This document shows, in pieces, positions 1 to 10,874 of a DNA stretch of 64,000 nt. The position numbers and the translations under genes are program-made. The notes beneath the pieces were generated by a model. It worked only from the letters and a program-made list of their open reading frames with translations, was not told where the DNA came from and made no database searches. Each line of letters opens with the position of its first letter. The first letter of the stretch is position 1. The stretch lies in NCBI GenBank assembly GCA_036555275.1, contig DATBLR010000091.1, positions 8,888 to 72,887 on the forward strand, given 5' to 3'. This stretch comes from Gemmatimonadales bacterium. GTDB taxonomy: Bacteria > Gemmatimonadota > Gemmatimonadetes > Gemmatimonadales > GWC2-71-9.

Positions 1-377
1 GCCCAATCGTAGGACTTCGACTGCTCAAGCTGCAGGTTCAGAGCCAGCCGCAGCGCCTCCGGAAGCACCGAGGCGCCCGAGCGCCGGATCTCATCCGCGG
101 TGATGACCTCGATGGCCGATGCGGTCTCCGACAGCTTCTCCGGCCGCTTGGACACTGAGGTGACCTCGATTGCCATGAGCTGCTCGAGGCTCAACTTCTT
201 CAAGGCACTGGGTGCCAGCAGGGAGTCCGGCGCCTGAGGAAAGGCGCGGCCCGCACCAACCGCAAGGCCGAGTACGAGGCAGGCGGAAAGCGAGAACCGA
301 TGGTGACGCGGCCGGAGAGACGGGGAATGGCGGCAGGTCCGTCGAACCGTGCGCGGATGAACCGGGGCAATGTTCAT
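1..377 (-). CDS. TonB-dependent receptor, signal peptide plus plug domain (5' part only; gene runs off the window start)
   Basis: Own translation of the minus strand from ATG at 377-375: MNIAPVHPRT...SACLVLGLAVGAG...LSLEQLMAIEVTSVSKRPEKLSETASAIEVITADEIRRSGASVLPEALRL. This is the typical TonB-dependent receptor plug N-terminus. Not in the ORF track because no stop lies within the window; the listed 91..456 ORF is a different frame. Confidence 0.75.
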   Translation of the reverse strand, partial: MNIAPVHPRTVRRTCRHSPSLRPRHHRFSLSACLVLGLAVGAGRAFPQAPDSLLAPSALKKLSLEQLMAIEVTSVSKRPEKLSETASAIEVITADEIRRSGASVLPEALRLALNLQLEQSKSYDW

Positions 378-485
378 AGGCCAACCTCGGCACGGCCGTC
401 GCCGTACCCGTCTCGGCGTTGAGCATCATGCAGGTGAGCGTTGGCCCGTCCTGCAAACTCGGTGGAGCCGCTCAGGAGGCGGGCA

Positions 486-1991
486 TCAGCCTGTCCTCGC
501 CGATGCGGTAACTGAACTCCGCGGCTCGGGCCGGTGCCGGTTCCCGCCCACGAGGGCCAGCAACCTGTTCCCCAAGGCGTTCAGGTCCTGCGCCGTCCGC
601 TCGGCCTGCCTGGTCGAGGCCAGGTTCTGCTGGGTGGCCTCGTGGATGCTCGCCATAGCCTGGCGGACCTGCGTCATGCCCACGGCCTGCTGCCCAGCCG
701 AGGCAACGATCTGGACCGCCGCCTGTGCGGCTTCCGCCACGGCTTCGGCCAACGCCCGGATTGTCTCACCGGCCTCGGTCACCTGCCGGGTCGTTGCCGT
801 GGCCTGCTTGGTGCCCTGCTCGGTGGTCATGACAGCGGCGCTGGTGGCACGCTGGATCTCCCCCAGGATCCGCCGGACCTCGACCGTCGCCTTCTTCGAC
901 TGCTCGGCCAGGCTCTTCACCTCTCCCGCCACGACGGCAAAGCCGCGTCCCTGCTCCCCGGCGCGCGCCGCCTCCACGGCGGCGTTCAACGCCAGGAGGT
1001 TGGTCTGCTCGGCGATGTCGTTCACCGTCGCGATGATCTCCCCGATCGCCTGGGCCTGCTCGGACAGCGCCAGGATGCTTTCTACGATGGACTCCACCTG
1101 CTCCTTCACGCCCTTCATCGCCGCGGTTGACTCCTGGACCGCCTTGCGGCCGGCCTCGCCGATCTCAGCCGCCCGCTGGGCCGAGTCGGCCACCGCCCTG
1201 GCCCGCTGCGCCGCCTGCTCGGCGGTCTGCGCCACTTCGTCCACCGACGCCACCGTCTGCGCCACCGCGGCCGACGTCTCGCTTGCGCCGGAGGCTTGCT
1301 GCGTCGTGGCCGCCAGGATCTCCGCCGCGCTCGACGCGAGGACCCCGGTCGTTTCGCGGAGCGGGCCGCTCACGGCGCGGTTCAGGAATACTGCCGAGAG
1401 CGTGCCGACCACCAGCGCCAGCAGACCTGCCAGCAGGAGGACCGTCTGCATCCAGGCCGCGGTCGTCTGCGCTGCCGTGGTGGCGGCATCGGTCAGCTGC
1501 TCGGCGCGCGCAATGCCACGCTGGATCGCCGCCCGCACGGCCTCACGGGCCGCAACGGCGCGCGACTCGCGGATGCGCTCCGCCTCGACGCCCCGGCCCG
1601 CCCGCGCTTCCGTCATTGATGCCTGCGACGCTGCGTCCCACTGTGAGACCGCGCCAAGGGCCTCGGCCCATATGGCCCGGCCCTCGGCAGTATAGGCGGA
1701 GTCGCGCAACTGCACGAGCAGCACGTAACTCAAGGCGAGGGTGCTATCACGGCTGCGCAGCTCTGCGTCGTTCGGTCGAGCCAGGAATCCCTGGAAATCC
1801 AGGATGGCGCGGCGGAATTCCGCCTGCGCCGTGAGCGCGGGAACGAGCGTACGCCGCTCCCGATCCAGGGCGGCTCGATAGGTCTCCGACGTCCTTCGCA
1901 GCGCCACGACGCCTACCAGCACCACGACGACCACGAGGCTCAGACCCACCGCGAACCCCGCAACGATCCGGCGACTCACGGTCCACTGCAT
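486..1991 (-). CDS. methyl-accepting chemotaxis protein (2 TM, HAMP, MCP signalling domain)
   Basis: ORF 486..2051. Likely start is MQWTVSRR at 1991, followed by TM helix [20 protein letters not shown], a second TM, and the signalling hairpin tip [34 protein letters not shown]. Confidence 0.9.
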   Translation of the reverse strand: MQWTVSRRIVAGFAVGLSLVVVVVLVGVVALRRTSETYRAALDRERRTLVPALTAQAEFRRAILDFQGFLARPNDAELRSRDSTLALSYVLLVQLRDSAYTAEGRAIWAEALGAVSQWDAASQASMTEARAGRGVEAERIRESRAVAAREAVRAAIQRGIARAEQLTDAATTAAQTTAAWMQTVLLLAGLLALVVGTLSAVFLNRAVSGPLRETTGVLASSAAEILAATTQQASGASETSAAVAQTVASVDEVAQTAEQAAQRARAVADSAQRAAEIGEAGRKAVQESTAAMKGVKEQVESIVESILALSEQAQAIGEIIATVNDIAEQTNLLALNAAVEAARAGEQGRGFAVVAGEVKSLAEQSKKATVEVRRILGEIQRATSAAVMTTEQGTKQATATTRQVTEAGETIRALAEAVAEAAQAAVQIVASAGQQAVGMTQVRQAMASIHEATQQNLASTRQAERTAQDLNALGNRLLALVGGNRHRPEPRSSVTASARTG

Positions 1992-2091
1992 AGGCTCCCC
2001 CTCACCTCTGGAGACATAACATTGCGCCTGCATCGAGCATGTGCCCCGCATCGACCGTGATGCAGCGCAGGCACTTCTGCCGTGGGCGCCT

Positions 2092-5055
2092 TCATCCCCG
2101 TTCCGGCTTCGGGGTCCGGCGCCGCGCCTGGGGTGGCAGGCGGTTCAGGACCTCGAGGAGCTCACTCGTGTCCGACTTCGTTACGATCGTGGCGACCTGT
2201 CCCCGAAGTGCCGATTGCTCCGCCTCAGTCAGGTCCTTGAAGGTGAAGATCAGCACGGGGATGTCGCGGGTGGCCGGCTGTGCGTGGAGTCGCTTCAGCA
2301 CTTCGAACCCGCTCATGCCGGGCATGATCAGGTCCAGAACGATCACATCGGGCAGCGCTTCATTGGCCAGCCGAATGGCCGCTTCGCCCTCGTAGGCTCG
2401 GAGGGCCAGGAAGCCACGCCGCTCGAGGGTCTCGGCGAGAAGATCCACCGTCTCATGGTGATCATCCACGACCAGCACCGCCGTGGGGCGGGCTTGAGCG
2501 CGTGGCGGTACTGCCCGGCGCACAGCCGCCACCAGGTCATCACGGCTGACTGGCTTCACCAGCCACTCCGCGGCCCCGAGGCCCACTCCCCGCTCGCGAT
2601 CGTCGGTAATGGAGACGACGACCACCGGGATCTGCTCGGTGTCGGCGACGGCCCGGAGCCTGGCGAGAACCTCCAGCCCGTCCTGGTCGGGGAGGAGGAC
2701 ATCGAGGGTGATTGCCGCCGGCCGGAGCCGCTCCGCCATCTCGACGGCCTGAGCGCCGGTGACCGCGTGCGCCACCGCGTAGCCGTGTTCGCGCAGATAG
2801 TGGGACAGGAGCTCGCCAGCCGCCGGGTCATCCTCGACGACCAGGATCAGCGGTCCCTCCGCCCGATCGACCATCGGAGCCGGTGCGACCGCAGGGGACT
2901 TGCGATATCCCAGCGGCTCCAACGGCAGCGAGAAGGTAAAGGTCGATCCCACTCCTGGACTGCTCTCGACCCAGATCGCTCCACCGTGCAGCTGGACCAG
3001 CCGGCGTGTCAGCGCGAGCCCGAGGCCAGTCCCCGACTCCTCCCGGGAGACCACCGACCCGACCTGCTCGAACTCCAGGAAGATGCGTTCCTGATCCTCC
3101 GCTGCGATCCCGATGCCGGTGTCCGCCACCGAGACCTGGATGCGCCGATCCGCCCCCGACGACGGGTCCGCCGCCACCACGCGGGCCGTGACCCGGATTC
3201 GACCCCCCTCAGGTGTGAACTTGATCGCGTTGCTCAGCAGGTTGTACAGCATTTGCTTGAACTTGGAGCGATCGGCGGTCAACTCGGGCAGGTCGGCGGG
3301 GGTCTCCACCTGCACGGTCAGGCGCTTGCCGATCGCGAGAGACTCGACCAGCTGCTGCACCTCGCCAATGGCCTGGGCTGGAGGGAACGCGACGAGCTCC
3401 AGAGTCAGGCGCCCCGCCTCGACTTTCGCAAGATCCAGGATGTCGTTCACGAGCTGCAGCAGGTGGCGCCCGCTGGCGAGGATGTTTCCCACGTACCTGA
3501 CCTGCTTGTCGTTGAGGCCCCCGAACGTCCGGTCTTCCAGCAGCTCAGAGAATCCGATGATGGCGTTCAGCGGCGTCCGGAGTTCGTGACTCATGTTGGC
3601 GAGGAACTGCGATTTCGCGCGGTTGGCCGCCTCCGCCATCTGCCGGGCCCGCTGCTCCTCGGCCGCCCGCCGGTTCGCCGACAGGTCGGAGTAGACGGCA
3701 ACCAGGCCCGAGATCTTCCCGGCGGAATCGTGCAGCGGCGCGGTCGAGATGGCCACCTCGATCAAGGAGCCGTCCTTCCGCCGCCGGATGGTCTCGACCC
3801 CGCCGAGCTCTTCCCCCCGCATCATGCGGTCGTGCAGCTCCTGGGATTCCGCGATCCGGTCGCTCGGGATGTTCATCAGCTCCTGACCGACTACCTCCGC
3901 GCGGCTCCATCCGAACATTCGTTCGGCCCCGCCGTACCAGCTCACCACCCGACCATCGCCGTCGAAGCCGACGATGGCCTGCGGCGAGGCCTCCACCAGG
4001 GCACTCAGCTCATCGTGGGCCCGCCGCAGCGCCTCGCCCGCTTCCTTCCGTTCGGTGATGTCCAGGCAGGAGCCGATGAAGCCCAGGAACTCTCCGTCGG
4101 CCGACGACCGGGGCACTCCGGTCTCGATCATCCACCGGTACACGCCGTCCCGCCGCCTGAGTCGGTACTCGACGGTGTACGGCAGGCGCGACTCGTGGCT
4201 CGCATCGTACTGCTCGAGACAGGGACGGAGATCGTCAGGGTGGATCACCTCCTGCCAGCCGTGCCCCAACTCCTGTTCCCGCGTGCGGCCGGTAAACTCG
4301 AGCCACCCCTGATTGAAGTAGGTCACCATCCGGTCGGGGCCCGACATCCAGATCAGGACCGGCGCCGAGTTCGCCAAGGTGCGGAAGCGGGCCTCGCTCT
4401 CGCGAAGGCTCCGTTCGGCTGTACGCAGCTCGAGGTTCTGCTGGCGGAGTGACTCCTCCGCCTGCTGTAACTGCCCAATGGTCTGCCGCAGATCCTCGGT
4501 GCGTGCCTGGACCCGTGATTCCAGCTCTGCCTGCAGTTGCCTCAACTCCTGGTTCTTGAGCACCGCATCCTCGAAGCTGGAGATCAGCAGGTCGAGGATC
4601 TGTTCCCGCTCGGAGCCGATCGTGAACGTCGAGCCGAGGAAGGTGACCGAGACCCGCATCTGGGTCTTGGCCCTGCGGCGCAGCTCCAGGTTCTGGAGCA
4701 CGTTCCGGATCCGGGCCAGCAGATGCTCGCGCTCGTAGGGTTTGGTGATGTAGTTGTCGGCGCCGGCGGCCAGACCGCGCACGATGTCCATGGGGTCGTT
4801 GAGGCTGGTGAGGAGCAGGACCGGGACCTGGGCCGAGCCGGCCTCCGCCTTGATCCGGCGGCACACCTCATACCCATCGATCCCCGGCATGGTGATGTCG
4901 CTGATCACCAGGTCAAAGGCACTGTCGTGCATCAGAGCCAGCGCCTGCTCGCCGTTCGGCGCCACCGTGGCGTCGTATCCGCTTTCCTGCAGCAGCAGCG
5001 AAAGCGCCTCCGCCTGGGTCCGGCTGTCCTCGACGATGAGAATCTTCACGGGCAT
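2092..5055 (-). CDS. hybrid sensor histidine kinase: REC - coiled coil - PAS - PAS - HisKA - HATPase - REC - REC
   Basis: 987 aa. N-terminal receiver (KILIVEDS...[14 protein letters not shown]...ITKP), H-box [12 protein letters not shown]-boxes DTGIGI and GTGLGLAL, two C-terminal receivers. Start overlaps the cheB stop by 10 nt. Confidence 0.9.
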   Translation of the reverse strand: MPVKILIVEDSRTQAEALSLLLQESGYDATVAPNGEQALALMHDSAFDLVISDITMPGIDGYEVCRRIKAEAGSAQVPVLLLTSLNDPMDIVRGLAAGADNYITKPYEREHLLARIRNVLQNLELRRRAKTQMRVSVTFLGSTFTIGSEREQILDLLISSFEDAVLKNQELRQLQAELESRVQARTEDLRQTIGQLQQAEESLRQQNLELRTAERSLRESEARFRTLANSAPVLIWMSGPDRMVTYFNQGWLEFTGRTREQELGHGWQEVIHPDDLRPCLEQYDASHESRLPYTVEYRLRRRDGVYRWMIETGVPRSSADGEFLGFIGSCLDITERKEAGEALRRAHDELSALVEASPQAIVGFDGDGRVVSWYGGAERMFGWSRAEVVGQELMNIPSDRIAESQELHDRMMRGEELGGVETIRRRKDGSLIEVAISTAPLHDSAGKISGLVAVYSDLSANRRAAEEQRARQMAEAANRAKSQFLANMSHELRTPLNAIIGFSELLEDRTFGGLNDKQVRYVGNILASGRHLLQLVNDILDLAKVEAGRLTLELVAFPPAQAIGEVQQLVESLAIGKRLTVQVETPADLPELTADRSKFKQMLYNLLSNAIKFTPEGGRIRVTARVVAADPSSGADRRIQVSVADTGIGIAAEDQERIFLEFEQVGSVVSREESGTGLGLALTRRLVQLHGGAIWVESSPGVGSTFTFSLPLEPLGYRKSPAVAPAPMVDRAEGPLILVVEDDPAAGELLSHYLREHGYAVAHAVTGAQAVEMAERLRPAAITLDVLLPDQDGLEVLARLRAVADTEQIPVVVVSITDDRERGVGLGAAEWLVKPVSRDDLVAAVRRAVPPRAQARPTAVLVVDDHHETVDLLAETLERRGFLALRAYEGEAAIRLANEALPDVIVLDLIMPGMSGFEVLKRLHAQPATRDIPVLIFTFKDLTEAEQSALRGQVATIVTKSDTSELLEVLNRLPPQARRRTPKPERG

Positions 5056-6092
5056 CGTTTCCCCCCGCCGATCAGATTCATGAGATGCCAGCCGATTTCG
5101 GTGACCGGTAGCTGGGTATCCACCACGCCGGCGTCCATCGCGGCCCGGGCCATGCCGTACACGACGGATGACGCCTCATCCTGACCCAGCACCTTCGCCC
5201 CGGCCTCTTTGGCAGAGCGCAGCCCATCCACTCCGTCCGCTCCCATGCCGGTCATGATGACGGCGAGCATCCGTGAGCCGTAGGCCCGGGCGGCGGACTG
5301 GAACAGATAGGTCGCGGACGGCCGAAAGCCGCCGATGGCCGGCTCGCTGCCGAGGTGAATCCGGCCGTCGCGGCTCACGCCGAGATGGCGCTCATCGGGC
5401 GCCAGGTAGACGGTGCGCGGGGAGAGGACTTCCTGCTGTTCGGCGACCTTGACCCGGAGATCGCAATTGGAATCGAGCCAGGTGGCGAGGCCGCCGATGA
5501 ATCCGGCGGCCATGTGCTGGACCACGAGCACCGGCACTGGAAAGGAACCGTCGAGGTCCGCCAGCACGCGATGCAGCGCGGCCGGGCCGCCCGTGGAGGT
5601 GGCCACGGCTACCAGCTCGATCGCTCCCGCCTGCGGCGCCAGCCGACCGGGCCTGGCCGGTGTCGGCGCCAGGGACCGCCAGCGTCGGACGAGCTTGACC
5701 TGCGCCATGGCCTTGACCATCGCCAGCAAGCGCTCCCGATGACCGTTGAAGAGCTCGGAGTCGGGGCTCTCCGGTTTGCGGACCACGGCCAGCGCCCCGG
5801 CCCGCATGGCATTGAGGGAGAGTTCGACATCGCGGCCGCTGGCACTCGACGACACAATGACGATCGGGGTCGGCGCCAGGACCATGATCTCCTTGGTCGC
5901 CTCGAAGCCATCCTGCAGCGGCATGTGCACGTCCATGGTAACCAGATCCGGCTTGAGCCGGACGGTCATCTCGACGACCTCGAGGCCGTCCTTGGCCTCA
6001 CCGATCACCTGGATTTCCGGATCGCTCTGCAGCACCCCGACCAGGAGTGTCCTGACCGTGAGCGAATCCTCCGCCACGACGACCCGAATCAT
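5046..6092 (-). CDS. cheB: chemotaxis response regulator protein-glutamate methylesterase CheB (REC + methylesterase)
   Basis: ORF 5046..6269. Likely start is MIRVVVAEDS at 6092, which overlaps the cheA stop by 4 nt. Motifs STGGP, VVQHM, MTGMGADG. Confidence 0.9.
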   Translation of the reverse strand: MIRVVVAEDSLTVRTLLVGVLQSDPEIQVIGEAKDGLEVVEMTVRLKPDLVTMDVHMPLQDGFEATKEIMVLAPTPIVIVSSSASGRDVELSLNAMRAGALAVVRKPESPDSELFNGHRERLLAMVKAMAQVKLVRRWRSLAPTPARPGRLAPQAGAIELVAVATSTGGPAALHRVLADLDGSFPVPVLVVQHMAAGFIGGLATWLDSNCDLRVKVAEQQEVLSPRTVYLAPDERHLGVSRDGRIHLGSEPAIGGFRPSATYLFQSAARAYGSRMLAVIMTGMGADGVDGLRSAKEAGAKVLGQDEASSVVYGMARAAMDAGVVDTQLPVTEIGWHLMNLIGGGKRCP

Positions 6093-8272
6093 GTGCCGAG
6101 CAGCTGGCGCACCACATCCAGCAGCTGCTGCTGGTCGAAGCTCGACTTTCCCAGGTACGCGTCCGCGCCGACCTCGAGCCCGCGGGCCCGGTGCTCGGTC
6201 GACTCCAGGGCGGTGACCAGGACCAGGGGAAGTCGCCGGAATCGCGTCGACGCGCGGATGGCCGCACACAGGCCGAAGCCGTCCATCCGGGGCATGTCAA
6301 CGTCGGCGACGACCAGATCCGCGCCACGCTCCTGGAGTTGCCGCCACGCGTCAGCTCCGTCGACGGCCGTGTCCACCTCGTAACCGGCCGCCTGCAGCAC
6401 GCTCTGCTCCAGGGCGCGGGTAGTGATGGAATCGTCCACGACGAGGAGCCGCCGCCGGGTCGGCGTGCCCTCCGCAGCCTCCGAGCTGACCCCAAGGCGG
6501 CCGCCCAGCCCGAGACCCGCGTCGACCACCGCCGCCGGGTCGAGCACCAGCGCCACCTCGCCGGTCCCGAGTAGCGCGGCGCCACTCAGATTCGGCGACG
6601 GTCTGTCCTTTCGCCCAACCGGCCGGACGACGACCTCCTGTTCGGCCCGGAGCTCGTCCACCACCAGTGCCAACCGGCGCTCGCCGCTTCGCACCACGAC
6701 CATCGGGAGGATGCCGGCCGTCGGGCGCTCCTGAAACGGCGGGCCGAGCACTTTTGCCAGGGAGGCCAGGGGTACCGGCCCTTCGGGAGTGGTCAGCACA
6801 TCGCGGCCTTCGGCGTTGTGCAGGCTCGCCGGATTCACCCGGCACAGCCGATCCACAGCCGACGTCGGAATAGCCAGCGTCTGCGGCCCGAGGCCAACCA
6901 GGACCACGCGAATCGTCGCGAGACTGGGAGGGGCCTCGATGGTGAAGCGAGTGCCGCGTCCCGCCTCCCACGCGACCGCGACGCGACCCCGGATCCGTCC
7001 AACCGCCGCGCGCACCGCATCCAGTCCCACCCCCCGCCCCGAGACGACGGTCGGGGCGCTGCGGGTGGAGAACCCACCGCGGAAGAGAGCGTCGCCCAAT
7101 TCCCGATCGGTACCAGGCACCGGCGCGCCGGCCGCGCGCATTCGCTCGCAAAGGGCGTCAGCTCTCATTCCGGCGCCGTCATCAGCCACGCTTACGACGA
7201 TCCGGTCACCGCTGAGCGCCGCCTCGACCATGATCTCTCCCATCGCGGGCTTCCCTGCAGCCTGCCGCTCGGCAGCAGTCTCGATTCCGTGGTCAACGGC
7301 GTTCCGGACCAGGTGGAGCAGGGCGTCGCGGAGACCGTCGAGCACGGCGCGATCGGCCTCCACCTCCCCGCCCCGGATGACCAGCCGCGCCTCCTTGCCG
7401 AGGCTCGTTGCGAGGTCGCGAACCGTGCGGGGCAACACTTGGCACGCTTCCGCGAAGGGCCGGAGCCGGAGCCGGCGGGCCCGGTCGGCGACGTCGTCCG
7501 TTACCCGGGCAAGGCTGCGGGTGTCCTGCAGCGCGAGCGCAGCGAGGCGGCGGCTCTCCTGGATCAGGTGCTCGGCGTGAGCCGACACCAACTCCAGGGA
7601 ACGGACCAAGGCCGGCGAATGATCCAGGGCGAGGCGCAATTGCCGGCTGGTCCGCTTCCAGGTCAGCGCCCAGGTGACGGCGTATTCATGCAGCGACTGG
7701 AGCTCGACCGGATGCTGGGCAAGCCGCTCCTCGAGCATCGGAATCTGCCCAGCGGCGGCGAGGAGGCCGTCGAGTTTGTCGGCCTCGACCCGCACGTGTC
7801 CGTCACTCCGCTCAATGACCGGCGGGGGGACGGATGCGGCGGCCTCCGCGGCAGGGGGGGGCCGCCTGCCAGTGGTGGCGCCTGCCTCCAGGGTTTGCAG
7901 CGCCTTCCGAAGCTCCGCCGGCACCGCCTCCCCGGCTTCCGCTCCGGCCTTGAGCCGATTGCCAACCGCCGTCAGCGCATCCGCGGCTCTGAAGAGCACG
8001 CCGAACTGTTCGTGGCCCAGGGTGCGCCGGCCACTCCGCACCTCGGCGAGGGCAGCCTCCAGCGCATGACACACCTCCTCCACGGAGTCGACTCGCGCGG
8101 CGCGGGCGGCCCCCTTGAGGGAGTGAACCACCCGAAACAGCGAGCGCAACCGCTCAACGTCTGCCGGGGCGGTCTCCAGGGCCAGCAGGTCGGCATTCAT
8201 GATCCGCACCTGCTCGTCCAGCTCGCTGGCGAAGGTCACCAGCAGGCGACGCGCCATCTGGTCGCGGTCCAT
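6089..8272 (-). CDS. cheA: CheA-type histidine kinase with C-terminal receiver (Hpt-dimerisation-HATPase-CheW-REC)
   Basis: 727 aa. Hpt HSLKGAARAARV, N-box HLVRNAVDHGIE, DDGAGM, GRGVGLDAV, CheW-like domain, C-terminal REC (LLVVDDS...VVADVDMPRMDG). Confidence 0.92.
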   Translation of the reverse strand: MDRDQMARRLLVTFASELDEQVRIMNADLLALETAPADVERLRSLFRVVHSLKGAARAARVDSVEEVCHALEAALAEVRSGRRTLGHEQFGVLFRAADALTAVGNRLKAGAEAGEAVPAELRKALQTLEAGATTGRRPPPAAEAAASVPPPVIERSDGHVRVEADKLDGLLAAAGQIPMLEERLAQHPVELQSLHEYAVTWALTWKRTSRQLRLALDHSPALVRSLELVSAHAEHLIQESRRLAALALQDTRSLARVTDDVADRARRLRLRPFAEACQVLPRTVRDLATSLGKEARLVIRGGEVEADRAVLDGLRDALLHLVRNAVDHGIETAAERQAAGKPAMGEIMVEAALSGDRIVVSVADDGAGMRADALCERMRAAGAPVPGTDRELGDALFRGGFSTRSAPTVVSGRGVGLDAVRAAVGRIRGRVAVAWEAGRGTRFTIEAPPSLATIRVVLVGLGPQTLAIPTSAVDRLCRVNPASLHNAEGRDVLTTPEGPVPLASLAKVLGPPFQERPTAGILPMVVVRSGERRLALVVDELRAEQEVVVRPVGRKDRPSPNLSGAALLGTGEVALVLDPAAVVDAGLGLGGRLGVSSEAAEGTPTRRRLLVVDDSITTRALEQSVLQAAGYEVDTAVDGADAWRQLQERGADLVVADVDMPRMDGFGLCAAIRASTRFRRLPLVLVTALESTEHRARGLEVGADAYLGKSSFDQQQLLDVVRQLLGT

Positions 8273-8814
8273 CAGTCCCTGGACCTCGCGCCGTCTCCCG
8301 TCGCCGGACTCTGCTGGACCAGCGCCAGCAACCGGCGTCCCAGCCGATCCAGGTCCTGGGCCGCGCGCTCCGCCTGCCGGGTCGAGGCCAGGTTCTGCTG
8401 GGTCGCTTCGTGGATGTTGGCCATCGCCTGACGGATCTGGCTCATCCCCACGGTCTGCTGGCCCGCCGAGGCCACGATCTGGGCGGCCGCCTGGGCGGCC
8501 TCACCCACCGCATCGCGCACCTGCCTGGCAACGGTCCCCACCTGCTTGGTCCCCTCCTCGGTGGTCATCACCGCCGCCCCCGTCGCCCGCTGGATCTCGC
8601 CGAGGATCCGACGGACCTCCACGGTGGCGCGCTTCGACTGCTCCGCGAGGCCCTTCACCTCGGCGGTCTGCGCCACTTCGTCCACCGTGGCCACTGTCTC
8701 CGTGACCGCGGCCGATGTTTCGGTGGCCCCCGACGCCTGCTGGGTCGTCGCGGCCAGGATCTGGCTCGCGCTGCTCGCCAGCACCGTCGCCGTTTCCTGC
8801 AGCGGACGGCTCAC
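8272..8814 (-). CDS. MCP-derived protein lacking TM/HAMP and the signalling hairpin tip (intact ORF; possibly a pseudogene)
   Basis: 180 aa, colinear and highly similar to residues ~228-505 of the MCP at 486..1991. An exact in-frame gap removes ~99 aa (QAAQRARAV...RGFAVVAGE). The junction reads VDEVAQTAE|VKGLAEQSK. Its stop overlaps the cheA ATG by 1 nt. Confidence 0.6.
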   Translation of the reverse strand: MSRPLQETATVLASSASQILAATTQQASGATETSAAVTETVATVDEVAQTAEVKGLAEQSKRATVEVRRILGEIQRATGAAVMTTEEGTKQVGTVARQVRDAVGEAAQAAAQIVASAGQQTVGMSQIRQAMANIHEATQQNLASTRQAERAAQDLDRLGRRLLALVQQSPATGDGARSRD

Positions 8815-8910
8815 GCCCCGACGGCCGCAATCTTGTGGGAGATGACCAATCTCATTGCTCGACCTCCAGTTCAGTCCGTCCCGGCAGCTGTCCCGGCCTC
8901 CCGGGCCTCG

Positions 8911-9411
8911 TCACACAACATCCGCCCACTCGCGAAGCAAGGCCTTGGCGTCCAGCAGCAGCATCGCCTCACTGGTCATGCCCCGGAGATAGGGACGCGC
9001 CATCGTCCGGCCCTCGGGAAGGGGATGGATACTCGAGAGCGGGACCGAGGCCAGGACCTGGACCGCGTTCACCAGCAGGCCGAAGGCCGCCCGAGCTTCG
9101 CCCAGCACCAGCACCTGGTTCAGATCGTCGAGAGCCGCGACCGATAGCCCGAGTACCCGCCGGAGGTCGAGCACCGTCAGCAATTCTCCCCGCCAGCCGG
9201 TTACACCGTGAAGGGGGGGCTCGGCCCCGGGCAGCGCCGAGAGGTGGAGGAGCGGCGAGACCGCAACGACGTAGCGGGCTTCGATGGCATAGAGCTCCCC
9301 GGCGAGCGTGAACGCGATGACCTCCAGCGCGGCTCCGGCGGGCTGCTGCTTGAGGGGCCGGGCCAGGTGCCGGGCCCGTTCCTCAAGCAACAGAAGGGGG
9401 TCCGCGGCCAT
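8911..9411 (-). CDS. cheW: CheW-like coupling protein
   Basis: ORF 8911..9570. Likely start is MAADPLLLLEE at 9411, 17 nt after the cheR stop. CheW fold pattern: VIAFTLAGELYAIEARYV...GVTGWRGELLTVLDLR. Confidence 0.85.
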   Translation of the reverse strand: MAADPLLLLEERARHLARPLKQQPAGAALEVIAFTLAGELYAIEARYVVAVSPLLHLSALPGAEPPLHGVTGWRGELLTVLDLRRVLGLSVAALDDLNQVLVLGEARAAFGLLVNAVQVLASVPLSSIHPLPEGRTMARPYLRGMTSEAMLLLDAKALLREWADVV

Positions 9412-9428
9412 GCCCTGCGGCGGCGCCC

Positions 9429-10874
9429 TCACGCGATTGCCGATCGAGCGAGCTGTGCCTGGGCTCGCGCCAGGGTCGCCAAGCGGCTTGCGGGTTCGCC
9501 ATCGGACGCAGGCACGATCGCCGACTCCGGCAGCGCGGCGAGCCGGCGCTCCGCATTGGTGAAGGCGCACTCCGCCCCCGCGACATCACCCAGCCGGAGC
9601 AGCGCCGACCCGAGGAGCAGGTGGACCACGGCGAGGGTGGGGTCGAGATAGAGGGCGCGGCGGGCCGCGGCGGCGGCTTCGGCGTAGAGTCTCGCCTCGC
9701 TCAGCAGAAGAGCATGGAGATAGACCAGCTCAGCCACGAGCGGATGCCGATCCAGGGCCATTGCGCATGCCCGCCCCGCTTCGGCGAGGGCCCCGCGGTT
9801 CGCATGCGCGCGGACCAGCAGGATCCAGAGGGCGGCATCGTCCGGACTCCCGCGGAGCCAGCGTTCGAGGCAAAGCACGGCCCCCTCGTAATCGCGGGCG
9901 GCATACCGAACCAGCGCCTCGGGTTCGGTATCGGCGATAACCGCCGGAGGCTCCTGGACCGTCGGCGGCACCGGAATGGGCGCTACGGGATGGGCCGGTT
10001 CCATCGGTCTGGGGCGAGGGTTCGCAAACCTTGGCGGAACCGGTCCGCCACCCGGGCGGACCCGTCGGTACGCCAGCCCGGCCGGGGTAGTCAGCACCTC
10101 GCACTGGGCCAACCGAGCGATCGGTGGATCCGCCGCACCCAGCAGGAGCCAGCCCCGATCGCTCAGCGAATCAATCAGCCGCCGGGCGACCCGGGCCGCG
10201 GTGTCGGCATCGAAGTAGATCAGGACATTGCGACAGAGGATGAGGTCCATCTCTCCGATCCCGCTCGCCGGGGAAGGATAGATGTCCTCGGCCAGGTTCA
10301 GGTAGCGGAACTCCACCGCCTCACGCACCGCTGGCACCGGTTCCCATTTGCCCTGAATCCGCTGGAAGTACGCCTCAACCACATCGGGCGGGACCCCTCG
10401 GAACGACCATTGGCCGTACCGGGCGCGGCGCGCGGCCGCCAAGGCTGGTCGCGCGAGATCGGTTCCGAGGATCCTCGCTCCGCCGAGCCGGCCGAGCTGA
10501 GCCAGCTGAATGGCGAGGCTGAAGGGCTCTTCCCCGGTCGCGCAGCCGGCGCTCCAGATACGGAGCCCGCCCTCACATCCGACGAACCCGGGGAGGATCT
10601 CGTCGCGGATCAATGCCAATTGCGCCGAGTCCCGAAAGAAGTAGGTCTCCCCGACCGCCACCTCCGCGATGAGGGCCTGGAGCAGCGGCGCCTCGTTGGC
10701 GAGTCGAGCAGGGAACTCTTCGGGATCCATCCGGCCGGCGCAAAGCATGGTTCGTGCAATGCCCGCCTCGAGCGCCGCCTGGCGGGACTCACTGGCAACG
10801 AGCCCAGTCCGGCGACGGAGCACTTCACTGGCCGCGGCGACGATGGCCGCCGGCAGGGGCGCCGGCCGGCTCAT
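9429..10874 (-). CDS. cheR: chemotaxis protein methyltransferase CheR with C-terminal TPR domain
   Basis: 481 aa. ETYFFRD, RIWSAGCATGEEPFSLAI, LILCRNVLIYFD, then a TPR-like helical C-terminus. Confidence 0.9.
   Translation of the reverse strand: MSRPAPLPAAIVAAASEVLRRRTGLVASESRQAALEAGIARTMLCAGRMDPEEFPARLANEAPLLQALIAEVAVGETYFFRDSAQLALIRDEILPGFVGCEGGLRIWSAGCATGEEPFSLAIQLAQLGRLGGARILGTDLARPALAAARRARYGQWSFRGVPPDVVEAYFQRIQGKWEPVPAVREAVEFRYLNLAEDIYPSPASGIGEMDLILCRNVLIYFDADTAARVARRLIDSLSDRGWLLLGAADPPIARLAQCEVLTTPAGLAYRRVRPGGGPVPPRFANPRPRPMEPAHPVAPIPVPPTVQEPPAVIADTEPEALVRYAARDYEGAVLCLERWLRGSPDDAALWILLVRAHANRGALAEAGRACAMALDRHPLVAELVYLHALLLSEARLYAEAAAAARRALYLDPTLAVVHLLLGSALLRLGDVAGAECAFTNAERRLAALPESAIVPASDGEPASRLATLARAQAQLARSAIA

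Noticed and set aside
91-456. 121-aa minus-strand ORF at the window start.
   Set aside because: It is out of frame with, and overlapped by, the much more convincing TonB-dependent receptor plug reading frame (start 377). It has no motifs.
2041-4452. Very long plus-strand ORFs antisense to the real genes, for example 2041..4452, 6818..8431, 12387..14093, 27366..29810, 30947..32809, 37361..39976, 47960..50026, 55247..58021 and 61155..62879.
   Set aside because: Their translations are Arg/Pro/Gly/Ala-rich low-complexity strings with no domain signatures. Each is the mirror frame of a minus-strand gene with clear family motifs. This is the typical open antisense frame of high-GC DNA.
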